From: Chlamydiales bacterium
Lineage (GTDB): Bacteria; Chlamydiota; Chlamydiia; Chlamydiales; JAAZZY01
Direction: 5' to 3'
Length of the DNA stretch: 64,000 bases
Assembly (NCBI GenBank): GCA_965206695.1
Contig: CBDBKM010000003.1
Location: 116,013-180,012 of the forward strand
Made by a program: the position numbers and the translations under genes. Below, one piece after another: positions 21,164 through 31,641 of the stretch; the stretch's first letter is position 1, and each line of letters starts with the position of its first letter. A model generated the notes under the pieces. It was not told the origin of the DNA and did no database searches. It worked only from the letters and a program-made list of their open reading frames with translations.

Positions 21164-21724
21164 ATTTCATAGTTGACATATTATTTTACCTCTTGTAAGA
21201 CAAAAGCTTAAATTATAAATATTAAGATATCATAAAGATTAGGCGAGTGTCCGGAACGACACAAGTAAACCTTGACCCTCTAGAATTAAGCTGTTTGAGA
21301 TGTATGGGAAACAAAGGATAATCGCGTTTAATAGCACGGATAAAACCATTAAAAAAATATTAATAAGATAATAATAAGATAATAATAGAAATATTTTTGT
21401 TGAAAAAAAAACCTGATAAACACATTCCGAAAAACTCCGCTTTAAAAAGTCCCGGGGGTGTTTACGGAGTTCTTAACGTACAGTATTATGATGAAAGATT
21501 TAAATCAAGCACATCGTTTCAATATTAGAAAAAAAATTGTTTAATATGCTCAGGATAAAGTAGGCCGGCCGTAAGAAATGGGGCGTAGCCGGAAATACCG
21601 GTCGTCTTTAGTTGCGGCGTCTTTTCAAAATACTTAATTGAATGTTGAGACTGTTGTTATGAGTTAGTTACATCGAATTTGGGTAACTTATTATTATGGA
21701 TTAGAGAAAAAAAACAGACTGGAT

Positions 21725-21877
21725 AGTTTCGTCAAATTCAACCTAAAGAGGTTTTTGAAACCGTAAAGCACTATGTGACTATCGATGAGCCGTGTGTACT
21801 GATTGTAGATGATACCGGTCTTTCAAAAACGCATAGTAAAAAGATAGAGCTTGTCAATTATCAATATTCCGGAAATG
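21725..21877 (+). pseudogene. IS701-like transposase fragment
   Basis: VLIVDDTGLSK..IELVNYQYSGN; similar to 46470-46550. Confidence 0.65.
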
Positions 21878-22886
21878 TATAGTGAATTAAATTTTATTTT
21901 TCATTTTATTCATATAAAATATCCGGATGGCATATTCACTTGATTTAAGAAAACAAGCTTTAAAATATATTAAAAATGTGGGAACACGAAAAGAGGCCGA
22001 TGTCATTTTTTCAGTTACAACCCGCGCTTTATCGAACCGGATTTCTCGAGAAAAACTGCAGATCTTAGCACCTAACAAAAGACGTCCTAGCCTAAGTAAA
22101 ATTGATAATCATAAACTTAAGCAATATCTTCAAAAATATCCGGATGCCTATCTTAGAGAAATTGCTCAAGAATCGGGTGTTACGATACCGGCTATTTTTT
22201 ATGCCTGTAAATGTTTGAAACTAACCTTAAAAAAAAGATCCCGTTTTACAAAGAAAGAGATGAAAAAAAACGACAAGAGTTTCAAGAAAGACTAAAAAAT
22301 ATTCCCATGAAAAATCGTGTTTATGTAGATGAGAGCGGGATTAATAAATATTTAACTCATCTTACGCACACACTCTCGTAAAGAGCGTTTGATTCTGTAG
22401 CCTGTTTAATACAAGGCGTGCGTAAGATGAGTATTTAAGAAGAGAATATGTTCGATGTCAGGCAGGGAATCAAGTATACGGAGCGGTTTCGGGAATGCGA
22501 TATGCACGTGAAAGTTTCATCGCAGTAAAGAATCAATCCCGAATCTTAGCTCCTTTTTGCTATACGGGAACATGTGATACTAAGTTATTTAATCTATGGT
22601 TGAAAGATTTTCTTATTCCGGAACTTAAACCCGGTCAAGTTGTTATTATGGATAATGCAATTTTTCATAAATCTAAATATTCACAACAACTTATAGAACA
22701 AGCAGGTTGTCACATTCTATTTTTTCCTCCCTATTTATCGGATTTAAACCCAATAGAAATTTTTTGGATTAATTTTAAAAAACAGGTTCAAAAAAACATG
22801 GAACGATTCACAAATTTAGCCCAAGCAATTGATTTTTTTTTTTTAACTAATGGATATTTATGAAAAATAAAATTTAAAATACTATA
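21878..22886 (+). mobile_element. two-ORF IS630-family element; ORF B disrupted by a MITE
   Basis: TA-flanked IRs; ORFs 21927-22295 (MAYSLDLR) and 22495-22863 (MDNA..DLNPIE). Confidence 0.88.
22355..22432. mobile_element. 78-bp MITE with 15-bp TIRs and a 5-bp TSD
   Basis: ACTCATCTTACGCAC...GTGCGTAAGATGAGT flanked by ATTTA. Removal restores NKYLRREY. Confidence 0.88.
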
Positions 22887-22975
22887 ATGGTATTTTTCCT
22901 CAACAAAAGAGAAAAAGTATACCCTGATTGAAAAAATTATTTAAATAACGCACTTCTGTAGCGCAAAACTTCTGT
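22887..22975 (-). mobile_element. IS701-like left-end remnant
   Basis: Reverse complement matches the 46240-46330 end (CGCTACAGAAGTGC..TTTTTCTCTTTTGTTG). Confidence 0.6.
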
Positions 22976-23057
22976 TAGTTTAATATTCTTATTACTCCCT
23001 TTTCTTGTATTTCGCTGATCTCACATCCAATCATTAGTCGTGCAGATGTCTTATATT

Positions 23058-23238
23058 GCTTATCGGACTTTTTGGTATCTGAAAGAAGCATTTTTAGATC
23101 CACAGTGTGTTTTTTAAACGAAGTGGAGCATTAAGACTTAGAGAGATAAAAAAAGCAGTTAAGTTTTAAACTTAACTGCTTCCTTTTCAAGATCTCCGGA
23201 TGCTGGGCTCGAACCAGCGACAAATAGATTAACAGTCT
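23058..23238 (-). repeat. att-site direct repeat: 3' part of tRNA-Asn plus downstream terminator region
   Basis: 181-bp repeat of 36841-37021 with 3 mismatches by eye. The tRNA portion is 23194-23238. Confidence 0.93.
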
Positions 23239-23548
23239 TGTAAGCCACAGTTTTCCACAACAGGTCAAAACGTGTAACAACTGAAAGTTTAGAGGATTAT
23301 GGAAATTTACTCAAGGTGAAGTTTTCTCACTTATTGTGAGGTATTGCCTATCAGTGTGGCATAATTGTGGCATGAAAAAGATAAAGGTCATTGTATTGAC
23401 AGCTCTCAACCCTTAAGGAAGGGGTTGCTAATATCGGGAAAGATATTTGTAGGTCAGACATTGATTGAAATAACTTTCAACCCATTTACAATTAATAACT
23501 TAAAATCTACTTGAAATTATTGTATCTTATAAGATACAATAGAGTTAT

Positions 23549-23875
23549 ATGGAAGAGATTGATATTAAAATTTACGAAACTGCAAGCGGAAAGCGTCCCT
23601 TTGAAATCTGGATTAAAAGCCTCAAAGAGATTCATACTCGGGCTAAAATTTTGACACGATTGGATCGGTTGAAACTGGGGAATTTCGGAGATTGTAAAAC
23701 CCTACAAGAAGGAGTGTGTGAACTTCGTATTCATTATGGTCCGGGGATTAGAATTTATTATGGAAAGATTGGGGATCAAGTCATTTTGCTCCTTTGCGGA
23801 GGTGACAAGGGATCTCAGAGTAAGGATATCAAGAAAGCTAAGGAATATTTAAAAGATTATCAATCAAGGAAGTGA
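23549..23875 (+). CDS. type II toxin, RelE/ParE-like addiction module killer protein
   Basis: LGNFGDCK..GVCELRIHYGPGIRIYY..LLLCGGDKGSQ signature. Confidence 0.92.
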   Translation: MEEIDIKIYETASGKRPFEIWIKSLKEIHTRAKILTRLDRLKLGNFGDCKTLQEGVCELRIHYGPGIRIYYGKIGDQVILLLCGGDKGSQSKDIKKAKEYLKDYQSRK

Positions 23876-23879
23876 GATT

Positions 23880-24182
23880 ATGGCAAAAAGTAAGAATTAT
23901 CAAGATTTTCTCATAGAGCACCTCAAAGATCATGATGAGGCTGTCGCTTACTTAAATGCGGCCTTAGAAGAAAGCCTTAAAGGAGACGAAGAGTCTCAAC
24001 ATATTTTTTTGCTTGCTCTTCGTAATGTAGCTGAAGCACAAGGAGGAATTGGCGCTTTATCCAAAAAAGCTCATGTCGGTCGCGAGAGCCTTTACAAGGC
24101 TCTTTCAGCTACAGGCAATCCTAAATGGCATACGCTTGTTTCTTTATGTGTTGCTCTAGGATTGAATTTAAGATTGAGTTAA
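23880..24182 (+). CDS. addiction module antidote protein (HTH antitoxin)
   Basis: AYLNAALEE..ALRNVAEAQGG..RESLYKALS..GNP signature. Confidence 0.92.
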   Translation: MAKSKNYQDFLIEHLKDHDEAVAYLNAALEESLKGDEESQHIFLLALRNVAEAQGGIGALSKKAHVGRESLYKALSATGNPKWHTLVSLCVALGLNLRLS

Positions 24183-24229
24183 ATGCACTACTAGAGATGA
24201 AATATTCTGATTTATCCTGAGGATGAAGT

Positions 24230-25381
24230 TTAGGAAAAAAATTGATGAAGGGTGGAGTCAAAAAGCTCATCCAATTTCTGAAGAGATGATTCTTGTTGCG
24301 CAACTAAGGAGTAGATCTCCGTAATTCTTTTAGCAAATAACCGCTGATGTTCCGGTTCGGGTAATAAGATAGGGATTTGCAACAACGTATTCGGTGAAAT
24401 ACGTGGCAGATTAGCTCCTTGCATTTTAGAAGACGCCTGTTCCACAAAATAGGAGTTTTGTAGAGTAGCATATAAAAATTCAGCAATGCAGACCTGCTGT
24501 CTTGGTTTTAAAACCAAAATATCCGTCGAACAAATACCGGCATTTTTGGGTAAGCAAACCTTATTTAAATAAGGCCTGAGCTTACCATACAATACATCAC
24601 CAATCTCGAAAGCATTTTTTGAACTTTTAATTTTGCTGCCAAGATGCTGTGTCGAACCAATGATTTTTCCTGCTCCCTTTTCTATATTCTCCAATCCAAG
24701 ATAATAGAAAGTTTTTGCAAATTGGTCTTGCGGATTGATCTTTTTGTTAGATATTAGAATGGCCTCTGATAGATTTTTTATTTTACAAGATGGCTTATTG
24801 ATATCTCCAAACATCTCATGAAATAAAGCAGGTATCATCTTCCGGGTCAATTCCAAAGCTTCTTTCTGCTTCTTCCTCAAATCATCGATTTTTTCTAAGA
24901 TGGATACTATGCGTGTTTGTTCTTCTATGGAAGGGAGGGGGATTAATATTTTTTTTATTGATAAATTGACTCCACCTTGCGCAGAGCCAACTTTATAATT
25001 AAGGACTTTTGAATTTCCTGTATTTGATCTCAAATAGTAATATAAGAATAGTGGAATAATTTTGGTAGAGTTCAATCTCAGAATGAATACATATTCATTT
25101 ATAGCAGCGGTTTCGAAAGGGGATTGTTTATGAAAAAACCCAATTTTTCCGGTTGTTGCCCCGTCTTTGACTAATAGGATGTCCCCATATTTTAAGTGAG
25201 CGTTTGTTATTTTTTTAAAATGGTTAGAAGGGATAAATTTTGGTTTGGATAAATTGAATGAAGCATCTGCATTAATATGTTCCCCTCCGATGCTTAATAT
25301 TCCTGAAGTGACAGCTCCCCCTTTTGGACGGGATCCAGAAAAAATTTCGCATACGTTTCCTAATTCTTGAAATTGTTTCAT
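24230..25381 (-). CDS. hsdS: type I restriction-modification specificity subunit; probable true start at 25381
   Basis: Two TRDs with IPLPSIEEQTRIV and LPEPEHQRLF conserved helices; GDVLYGKLRPYLNK. The ATG overlaps the hsdM stop (ATGA). Confidence 0.9.
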   Translation of the reverse strand: MKQFQELGNVCEIFSGSRPKGGAVTSGILSIGGEHINADASFNLSKPKFIPSNHFKKITNAHLKYGDILLVKDGATTGKIGFFHKQSPFETAAINEYVFILRLNSTKIIPLFLYYYLRSNTGNSKVLNYKVGSAQGGVNLSIKKILIPLPSIEEQTRIVSILEKIDDLRKKQKEALELTRKMIPALFHEMFGDINKPSCKIKNLSEAILISNKKINPQDQFAKTFYYLGLENIEKGAGKIIGSTQHLGSKIKSSKNAFEIGDVLYGKLRPYLNKVCLPKNAGICSTDILVLKPRQQVCIAEFLYATLQNSYFVEQASSKMQGANLPRISPNTLLQIPILLPEPEHQRLFAKRITEIYSLVAQQESSLQKLDELFDSTLHQFFS

Positions 25382-25470
25382 ATGGCAATCCTTGCCTTGA
25401 GCTGTTCCAACTGAGAAGCAATATCTTGTTGCAACAAATGAATATCCTTCAAAAGCTCTTTTGGGTGAGG
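25378..25470 (-). pseudogene. hsdM: 3' remnant of a type I methyltransferase gene
   Basis: PHPKELLKDIHLLQQDIASQLEQLKARIAI* resembles the HsdM C-terminal helix. Cut by the IS630 end at 25471. Confidence 0.65.
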
Positions 25471-25503
25471 TATACCCCTTATGAATCAAAGTGCCGATTC
25501 TAA

Positions 25504-27271
25504 CCGACATTCCTAGACCTCTAAACAAGTTTTTCTAATTAAGCCATACATCCTCATTGCAGTCTTTCCAAACAAAACAATAATCTTTTTCCGAAGACGG
25601 GTTAAATTTGTGATCATTTCTTTACAAATTCTCCGGGAAGTCTTCTGAAAAAAACGGATTATTCCGATACCTTCCATAATTTGGAAAATCCATCTTAATG
25701 TTGGATTTTTGACTTCCTTTCCTAATTGGTTGGGTAATGTCTCTTCTGTTTCTATCAATTTTTGTCGAAGTTGATATTGTCCGATATTATAAACCATTAA
25801 ACACAATGTCATAACCATCATTAATGCTTCAATGCGTCGAGGGGTTTTTAAAAAAATAGAATCAACCATAAACCAAGGATCTTTTAAAAAGCGAAACCCT
25901 CCTTCAACCTTTTGCTGTTCTTTATATTCTTCTAACATCATCTCATCTTTATAATTTTCTCTATCGGTGTCATTCGCAGCTAAAATAAACCGTCCTTTTC
26001 TATTCATCAGTTTATTAATTTCTTCTTCTTCCCTTTCAAAGCTAGCATGAATCTTGTATCCAACAACTTGTTTTTCCTCTCCTTGTTTAGGTTTGCCTAA
26101 TTTACCATATTTTAGAATCGGCAATATCTCACTATTCATGGAATATAAATGATTTTTTTTAGTCAATCTGCCCCAAGCTTTTTTAGCATCACTTTCGCAT
26201 TTAAATTCCTCATTACCCAAATGCCAAAGTTGTTTCTTGAGCTTTTCTTCTGCCTTGGTCAATTTTTTTTCTAATGATTTTATCTCTCTCTGATAGGCTT
26301 GCTCTGAAAAAACCAAAAGCCATCTTTGTTTAATCCCTCCATAAAAAGAGGTGAAGCTGCATGTTTTATATCCTTTCTCCTGATCAATCCAATCAATTTC
26401 TTCTTCCGGTTTTTCTACTAATCTTTTTGCTTCTCCTATTATCTCGGGAACTCGGGTGAGCCATTTATAATCATTATTTTTTAAGAGCTTTTCTTTTGTG
26501 TATAACGCTGAATCGGCAACCCACTTCAACTTTGTTTTTACATCAATCTGTTGTTGAAATTCACTGATTTTTTTGAGCGTCTCATGAAAACTTGCTTTAT
26601 CAGAACTATTGCCGTCTAAGGCTTCCATCCATAGAGGCATAGAACTCGGACCATTGGTAACGAGAGAAAGTACAACTTGTTTCAAATCAGGTCTATGATC
26701 TTTAGAATAACCCTGCTTAATCTCAATCACTTGCGGATCATCTTTCACTTCATACGACCCATGAACGGAAAAGCTTGTTGTATCTAGATGATGCGTTTTT
26801 TGTAGTAAATCATGGTCTAGGGCTATTCCAAAAGAAACTTCAGCAAATAATTTACTGCTCCCATATTTCGCAATATCATCCAAAGCATGACCTAAAGTAT
26901 AATCTGTGAGATCTTCTGCTCGAAGATCGTTGCCAAGTAAATTCTCTATCGATTTAGAAGCAAAAAATTGATGTGTTAGGTAGAGACGTCTATTAGTAAA
27001 CCCTAATCCATTCAGAATCATTGCAATTACTGCCTGTCCCGCACTTACTTTTCTTTGTGGATGATTTTTTAATCCGGTATCAATCCTTTCCGCTACTTTT
27101 AGATCGCTGCAAAGTGCTGCAATTAATCCATGGTGATCCATGTTCACTGTTTGAATATTATCTCCTGCAACTTCCGGCATAACTTTTCTCCTTGTATCAA
27201 ATAAAAAGTAACAGGATAGGCAATCTATAATTCTAATTCAAAAAAAATATCTTACGGTCTAGGAATGTCGG
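25504..27271 (-). mobile_element. IS1634-family element, copy 2 (transposase 25513-27180)
   Basis: Same TIRs and ORF as copy 1; 6-bp TSD TTCTAA. Confidence 0.93.
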
Positions 27272-28298
27272 TTCTAAGACTTGAAAATGATCATTGATTC
27301 GTTTCCTCATTGATTGAGCAATAGAGGGCCAAGTATTTTCAAAAAATCCGGTAATCGATCTCCGAAATTCTTTAGCAGAATTAAAAAACCGATTATTGCG
27401 ACAATATTCATTCATCACTTTCCATAATCGTTCAATGGGATTGAGGTTAGGACTGTAAGAAGGTAAATAATAGAGAATAATACCTTGTTTTTCTGCTTCT
27501 TGTTTGGTCTGAATACTTGTATTATAAGGGCCTTGATCTAAAATAAGATGGATATTTGGAGCTGAGGGGTATTTTGACCGTAGCAAAGCAAAATGCTTTG
27601 CCATGGTACCGCTATTTAATGTTTCATAAGCATCTATTGTTACCTTCATACTGTTTAAATTGATAGACCCCATAAGATTCATTCGAGTACGAGAAGCTGT
27701 TGTTGCAATCAATTTATCTGTTCCCGGTCGAATCCAACCATAAGAAATTTTAGTTGCCATAGTTGGATGTACACCATCAGCAAATTCAACAGGCTCATTT
27801 TTAGGCAGAGATGCCATAAGCTTGGCGTAAAATTGCATCCAAGCTTTTTGTTGATCAGAATTTGCCTTAGCCGGTGTACCTTTAGGCTTTTTATAGGAAA
27901 AACCATGTGAGTGTAGCCAAGAAGTCATCCCTGAAATCGTATAAACAATGCCATATTTTGCGAGAACATAAGAACAGATATCTTCTACTTTGACATAGGT
28001 ATGAGTTGTTAAATGTTTAATGAATTCTTCTGACTGTGGCGCAAGAAGTTTACTGACTGAACCACCGCTTTCTACATGCAATTGCTGTTTATTTTGATAT
28101 TCTTTAATGTGACGAGACACTGTTTCATCGTCTAAAAGCACAGCTTCAGCAATACGAGTATTACTCCAACCTTTATTCGACAATAGAACAGCCTTGATAC
28201 GATCTCGTATACGACCATTCTTTTCTCGTTTATGTTGCTGTCTGAGATGCTTTTCTTCTGATAGTGTTAAAAATGAATTCATACAAAACAATTTACAC

Positions 28299-29237
28299 TA
28301 TAGTATTTTAATTTTTATTTGATAATATGTTATCCTTCTTTTTTTATACAAACAGTAAGGATAAAACAATGCCTAGAGCCTATTCAGTAGATCTTCGAGA
28401 GAAAGTATTACAACATATAGAAAAACATCATGATAAAAAAACAGCCGGCCATATTTTTCAAGTAGGTATCGCAACAATATATCGATGGATCTTGCAAAAA
28501 AAGCAAAAAGGACATTTAAAGCCAATCCGCAGAAAATATGTTTATAAGAAATTAGATGATGAGTTGTTATCTAAATATGTAGAAAAACATCCGGATTATT
28601 TTTTATCGGAAATTGCTGATTATTTTTCAGTCACTCCGCAAACGATTTTTTATGCCCTTAAAAGATTAAAAATTACACGAAAAAAAAAACTACTCGCTAT
28701 AAGGAAAGAGATGAAAAGAAACGGGAAGCTTTTATGAAAGATTTAAAAAATCTTCCCTTTGACAAGAGAATTTATCTCGATGAAACCGGGATTCATCAAT
28801 TTTTATTTCGTGAGTCCGGAAGAAGCTTACGCGGCAAAAAAGTTTTTGGAGCGGTTTCAGGAAACCGCTTTATAAGGCAAAATATTATTTCAGCCCTATC
28901 TAAAGGGCAGTTTTTATCTCCAATGTGTTTTGAAGGTACTTGTAATACCGGGTTATTCAATATTTGGCTTAAGGAAGTTTTGACTCCTCAGCTTACACCC
29001 GGTAGTGTTCTTATTCTTGACAATGCCGGCTTTCACAAGTCAGCGGAAAGCAGGAAAATAGTAGAATCTGCCGGTTGTAAGCTTATGTTTCTTCCTCCCT
29101 ATTCTCCGGACTTAAATCCTATAGAAAAATATTGGGCTAATATGAAAAATAAAGTTAGAGAGATATTACGAAAAGTTACGAATTTTAAATTCGCCATTGA
29201 TCAAGCAATCTTATCAATGTAAAATTAAATGACTATA
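28299..29237 (+). mobile_element. two-ORF IS630 element (ORFs 28327-28737 and 28734-29222, slippery A-tract)
   Basis: TA-flanked IRs. The A10 run near 28681 links the HTH ORF to the DDE ORF (YLDETG, LDNA, PYSPDLNPIE). Confidence 0.92.
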
Positions 29238-29279
29238 TACGAATACAAAATATCCGGAGGTTTATTCGTGATGAGTATA

Positions 29280-29779
29280 TGCTTTTTTGATCATCATGTA
29301 TTGCATTATATGTCCGGTATATATATATTGTCTATCCGGAAAGACGGAAAACCTCTAAAACAGCAGTTTTTAACCTTAGTTACCATGTTATTTGGTGTCC
29401 TAAATATAGGAGAAAGGTTCTTGAAGGTGATATTGTTGTTCGTTTAAAGGAATTATTAAAATTAAAAGCTCTACAACTAAATATAGAGATTAACGAACTG
29501 AATATTATGCCTGATCACGTACATATTTTTTTAAATACCAAGCCTATATATTCGCCACAATTTTTCATAGGACAACTTAAGGGATATACAAGCCGAATAT
29601 TAAGGCAAGAATTTTCAAGCTTAAGATCCGGGTTACCCACACTGTGGACACGGTCTTATTATGTTGATAGTGTTGGAAAATTAAATGAATATACAATCAG
29701 AAAGTATATACGGAATCAAAAAAACAAATAGACACTTTCATCCCACTCTTAAAAAGGTGGGTTTTCTCGTTTAATTGTC
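29280..29779 (-). mobile_element. IS605-type left half: left end, divergent tnpA and the first codons of tnpB
   Basis: Left end on the minus strand after TTAT (29780-29783). The tnpB start MMIKKAY is cut at 29280. Confidence 0.82.
29336..29731 (+). pseudogene. tnpA: IS200/IS605 Y1 transposase TnpA, full-length frame but start codon lost (ATG->CCG)
   Basis: YHVIWCPKYRRKVL..MPDHVH..LKG.TSR..LWTRSYY..YIRNQ in one frame from 29336. Confidence 0.88.
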
Positions 29780-29949
29780 ATAAGAAGGCGACGGACTTAT
29801 AATCCGATGTATATGCGATTAATATAGGAGCTAACTCGTAAACTTCAGTAGCTTTTTAGGACGCTGATGGGATTTTAAAATTAAAATTACCACCTATTTA
29901 TACTGCAAATGTTGTGTGAATTAAGGTTTTTTTGCTAATTAAAGATATG

Positions 29950-30111
29950 ACTGTAAAGTAATGCATGATAGAGATCTCAATGGAGCTATTAACATATATA
30001 CCGCAGGGGAGTCGGTAATTTAAGCCTTTGGAGACCGTGTTAGACTAACCTTTTTGTTAGCAGTGGTTGTTGAATTAGGAATCTCTTCCCTTTAGGGTTG
30101 GGAGCTATCAA
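29950..30111 (+). mobile_element. solitary tnpB 3' end and right end (omega-RNA scaffold)
   Basis: CKVMHDRDLNGAINIYTAGESVI*, then the conserved right end to TCAA (30108-30111). Confidence 0.88.
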
Positions 30112-30204
30112 CTAATTCCGGGGCAGGATTCTGCCGCTTCGAACGGCAGTTTTCCGCTATTCGTAAACATTTTTTGAATCCGGGATAGAAATGCATATCT
30201 TTTC

Positions 30205-31641
30205 TTAGCCATTTAAATCCATCTCTTGTGGTTCTTTTTTTATTTCAGATGCATACAAAGGGCCATAGTTTACAAGAAACTCTTCCCCTTTATGGATATC
30301 CTTATTAGCCACATAAAAATTTAGATTTTTACCAAAAAGGACTACACATATATTATTCTTTCCTATTTTTTCAAAGTTTCCTAGCTGAGCAGTGTTTACC
30401 AAACTAAGCACATTTCCAGACGAAAATCCATTAATAGCGCGATGCGATGAGGATGTTGCAAATAGATATTCTGAAATTTTTCTTGGGCCTTGTTTTCGTT
30501 CTGCTTGCGATAAATCTTTGTTTTTACAAAGAGTACCTGCATAAGGTCCTAAAACTTCGAATTTTTTAATCTCTCTTTTTGCAAAAGCTGAACGTCCTCT
30601 AGCTGGCCCTATTTCTATAGGGGTGATAATCTCATAAATCTCATCCAACCGCTTTTTATATTCCATCCTATTCTCTTCGTTTAATGTTATCCACTCACAC
30701 ATGCTCTTCTTGATTTTAGATTTAATGTTCTTTATTTGTGATTGGGCTAAACCATCCAGGTAGCTCTTGAGGAAACCCCATTTTGAGACTTTTATCAAGG
30801 CTATTTCTCCTTCAGATTCAAATAAAAGGCCTTGTGTCTCATCCGCGGGGTTTTGCAATATGGGTAAGGTGTTGTTTATTTCACGATTCAATTTAGACGA
30901 ACCGGTCACATTAAGATCTGAATCTGCATTATGATCTGAACACGGTTCTTTTTTTATCAACACAACCTCGCTGTCTACTGGAGTATTAGTTTCTTCAGAC
31001 ATAGATCCTCCTGGTCCTTTGTATTTAACTCTCCTTTCTTTCCACTCTTCGTTCCACTTTTTCGTCTTGGCATCAGACATTTTTTGTCTAGTTGCGGCAG
31101 TAACTATACGACCCGTTAACTTAATAGACAATTTTTTTCTAGTTGCGGCAGTAGCTATACGACCCTTTCCTTTACCCTGCATACTGGCAGATATTTTTTC
31201 TTTAGTTTCTTTAGTATGTGTATAATAACCCTTTCTTCTACCCGTCATACTGGCAGATATTTTTTCTTTAGTTTCTTTAGTATGTTTATAACCCTTTCTT
31301 TTACCCGTCATAATGGCAGACATTTTTTTTCTAGTTGCGGCAGTAACTATATGATTCGTTAACTTAATAGACAATTTTTTTTTAGTTGCGTCAGTAACTA
31401 TACGACCCTTTCCTTTACCCTTTATACCGGCAGATATTTTTTCTTCAATTGGTTGTTGGTTTGTTTGTGTAATAGAAGGCACAGCAAGGTTCGAAATGAT
31501 CCCTTGTTTTTTACTGGTTGGAGGTGCTTTATTAATCTCGTTAACCGTGAAGCTGGTTGGAGGTGCTTTATTAATCTCGTTAACCGTGAAGACAATGTTT
31601 CGATGTTGTATGCCGGTTTGTATATTATTAAAAGTACTCAT
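30205..31641 (-). CDS. SET-domain protein with tandem NUMOD3-like repeats (putative nuclear effector methyltransferase)
   Basis: SET motifs GRSAFAKREIKKFEVLGPYAG, LVNTA and ANKDIHKGEEFLVNYG. HTKETKEKISASM.G-type repeats in the N-terminal half. Confidence 0.82.
   Translation of the reverse strand: MSTFNNIQTGIQHRNIVFTVNEINKAPPTSFTVNEINKAPPTSKKQGIISNLAVPSITQTNQQPIEEKISAGIKGKGKGRIVTDATKKKLSIKLTNHIVTAATRKKMSAIMTGKRKGYKHTKETKEKISASMTGRRKGYYTHTKETKEKISASMQGKGKGRIATAATRKKLSIKLTGRIVTAATRQKMSDAKTKKWNEEWKERRVKYKGPGGSMSEETNTPVDSEVVLIKKEPCSDHNADSDLNVTGSSKLNREINNTLPILQNPADETQGLLFESEGEIALIKVSKWGFLKSYLDGLAQSQIKNIKSKIKKSMCEWITLNEENRMEYKKRLDEIYEIITPIEIGPARGRSAFAKREIKKFEVLGPYAGTLCKNKDLSQAERKQGPRKISEYLFATSSSHRAINGFSSGNVLSLVNTAQLGNFEKIGKNNICVVLFGKNLNFYVANKDIHKGEEFLVNYGPLYASEIKKEPQEMDLNG

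Larger units (their letters stand above)
25471..29279 (-). mobile_element. single-ORF IS630 element (340-aa type) interrupted by IS1634 and by a two-ORF IS630
   Basis: Ends TATACCCCTTATGAATCAAAG and ..CGTGATGAGTATA match the copies at 32090-33187 and 58138-59235. ORF at 27233-28291. Confidence 0.88.

Noticed and set aside
21240..21720. GC-richer patch upstream of the EEP gene as an ncRNA
   Set aside because: I found no convincing structure or family motif; it is more likely decayed gene or IS debris.
23194..23238. Second tRNA-Asn gene
   Set aside because: Only the 3' part is present; it is the att duplication.
25382..25528. 49-aa N-terminal extension of HsdS in the ORF track
   Set aside because: It is made of IS1634 and IS630 ends plus the hsdM tail read out of frame; the real start is 25381.
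29961..29977. Self-targeting of tnpB by the 50015 guide as a functional circuit
   Set aside because: The match arises because both proteins encode HDRDL. There is no TTAT TAM, and the first two guide positions mismatch.
31060..31592. CRISPR-like array
   Set aside because: The repeats are in-frame coding repeats without unique spacers, and no cas genes are present in the window.
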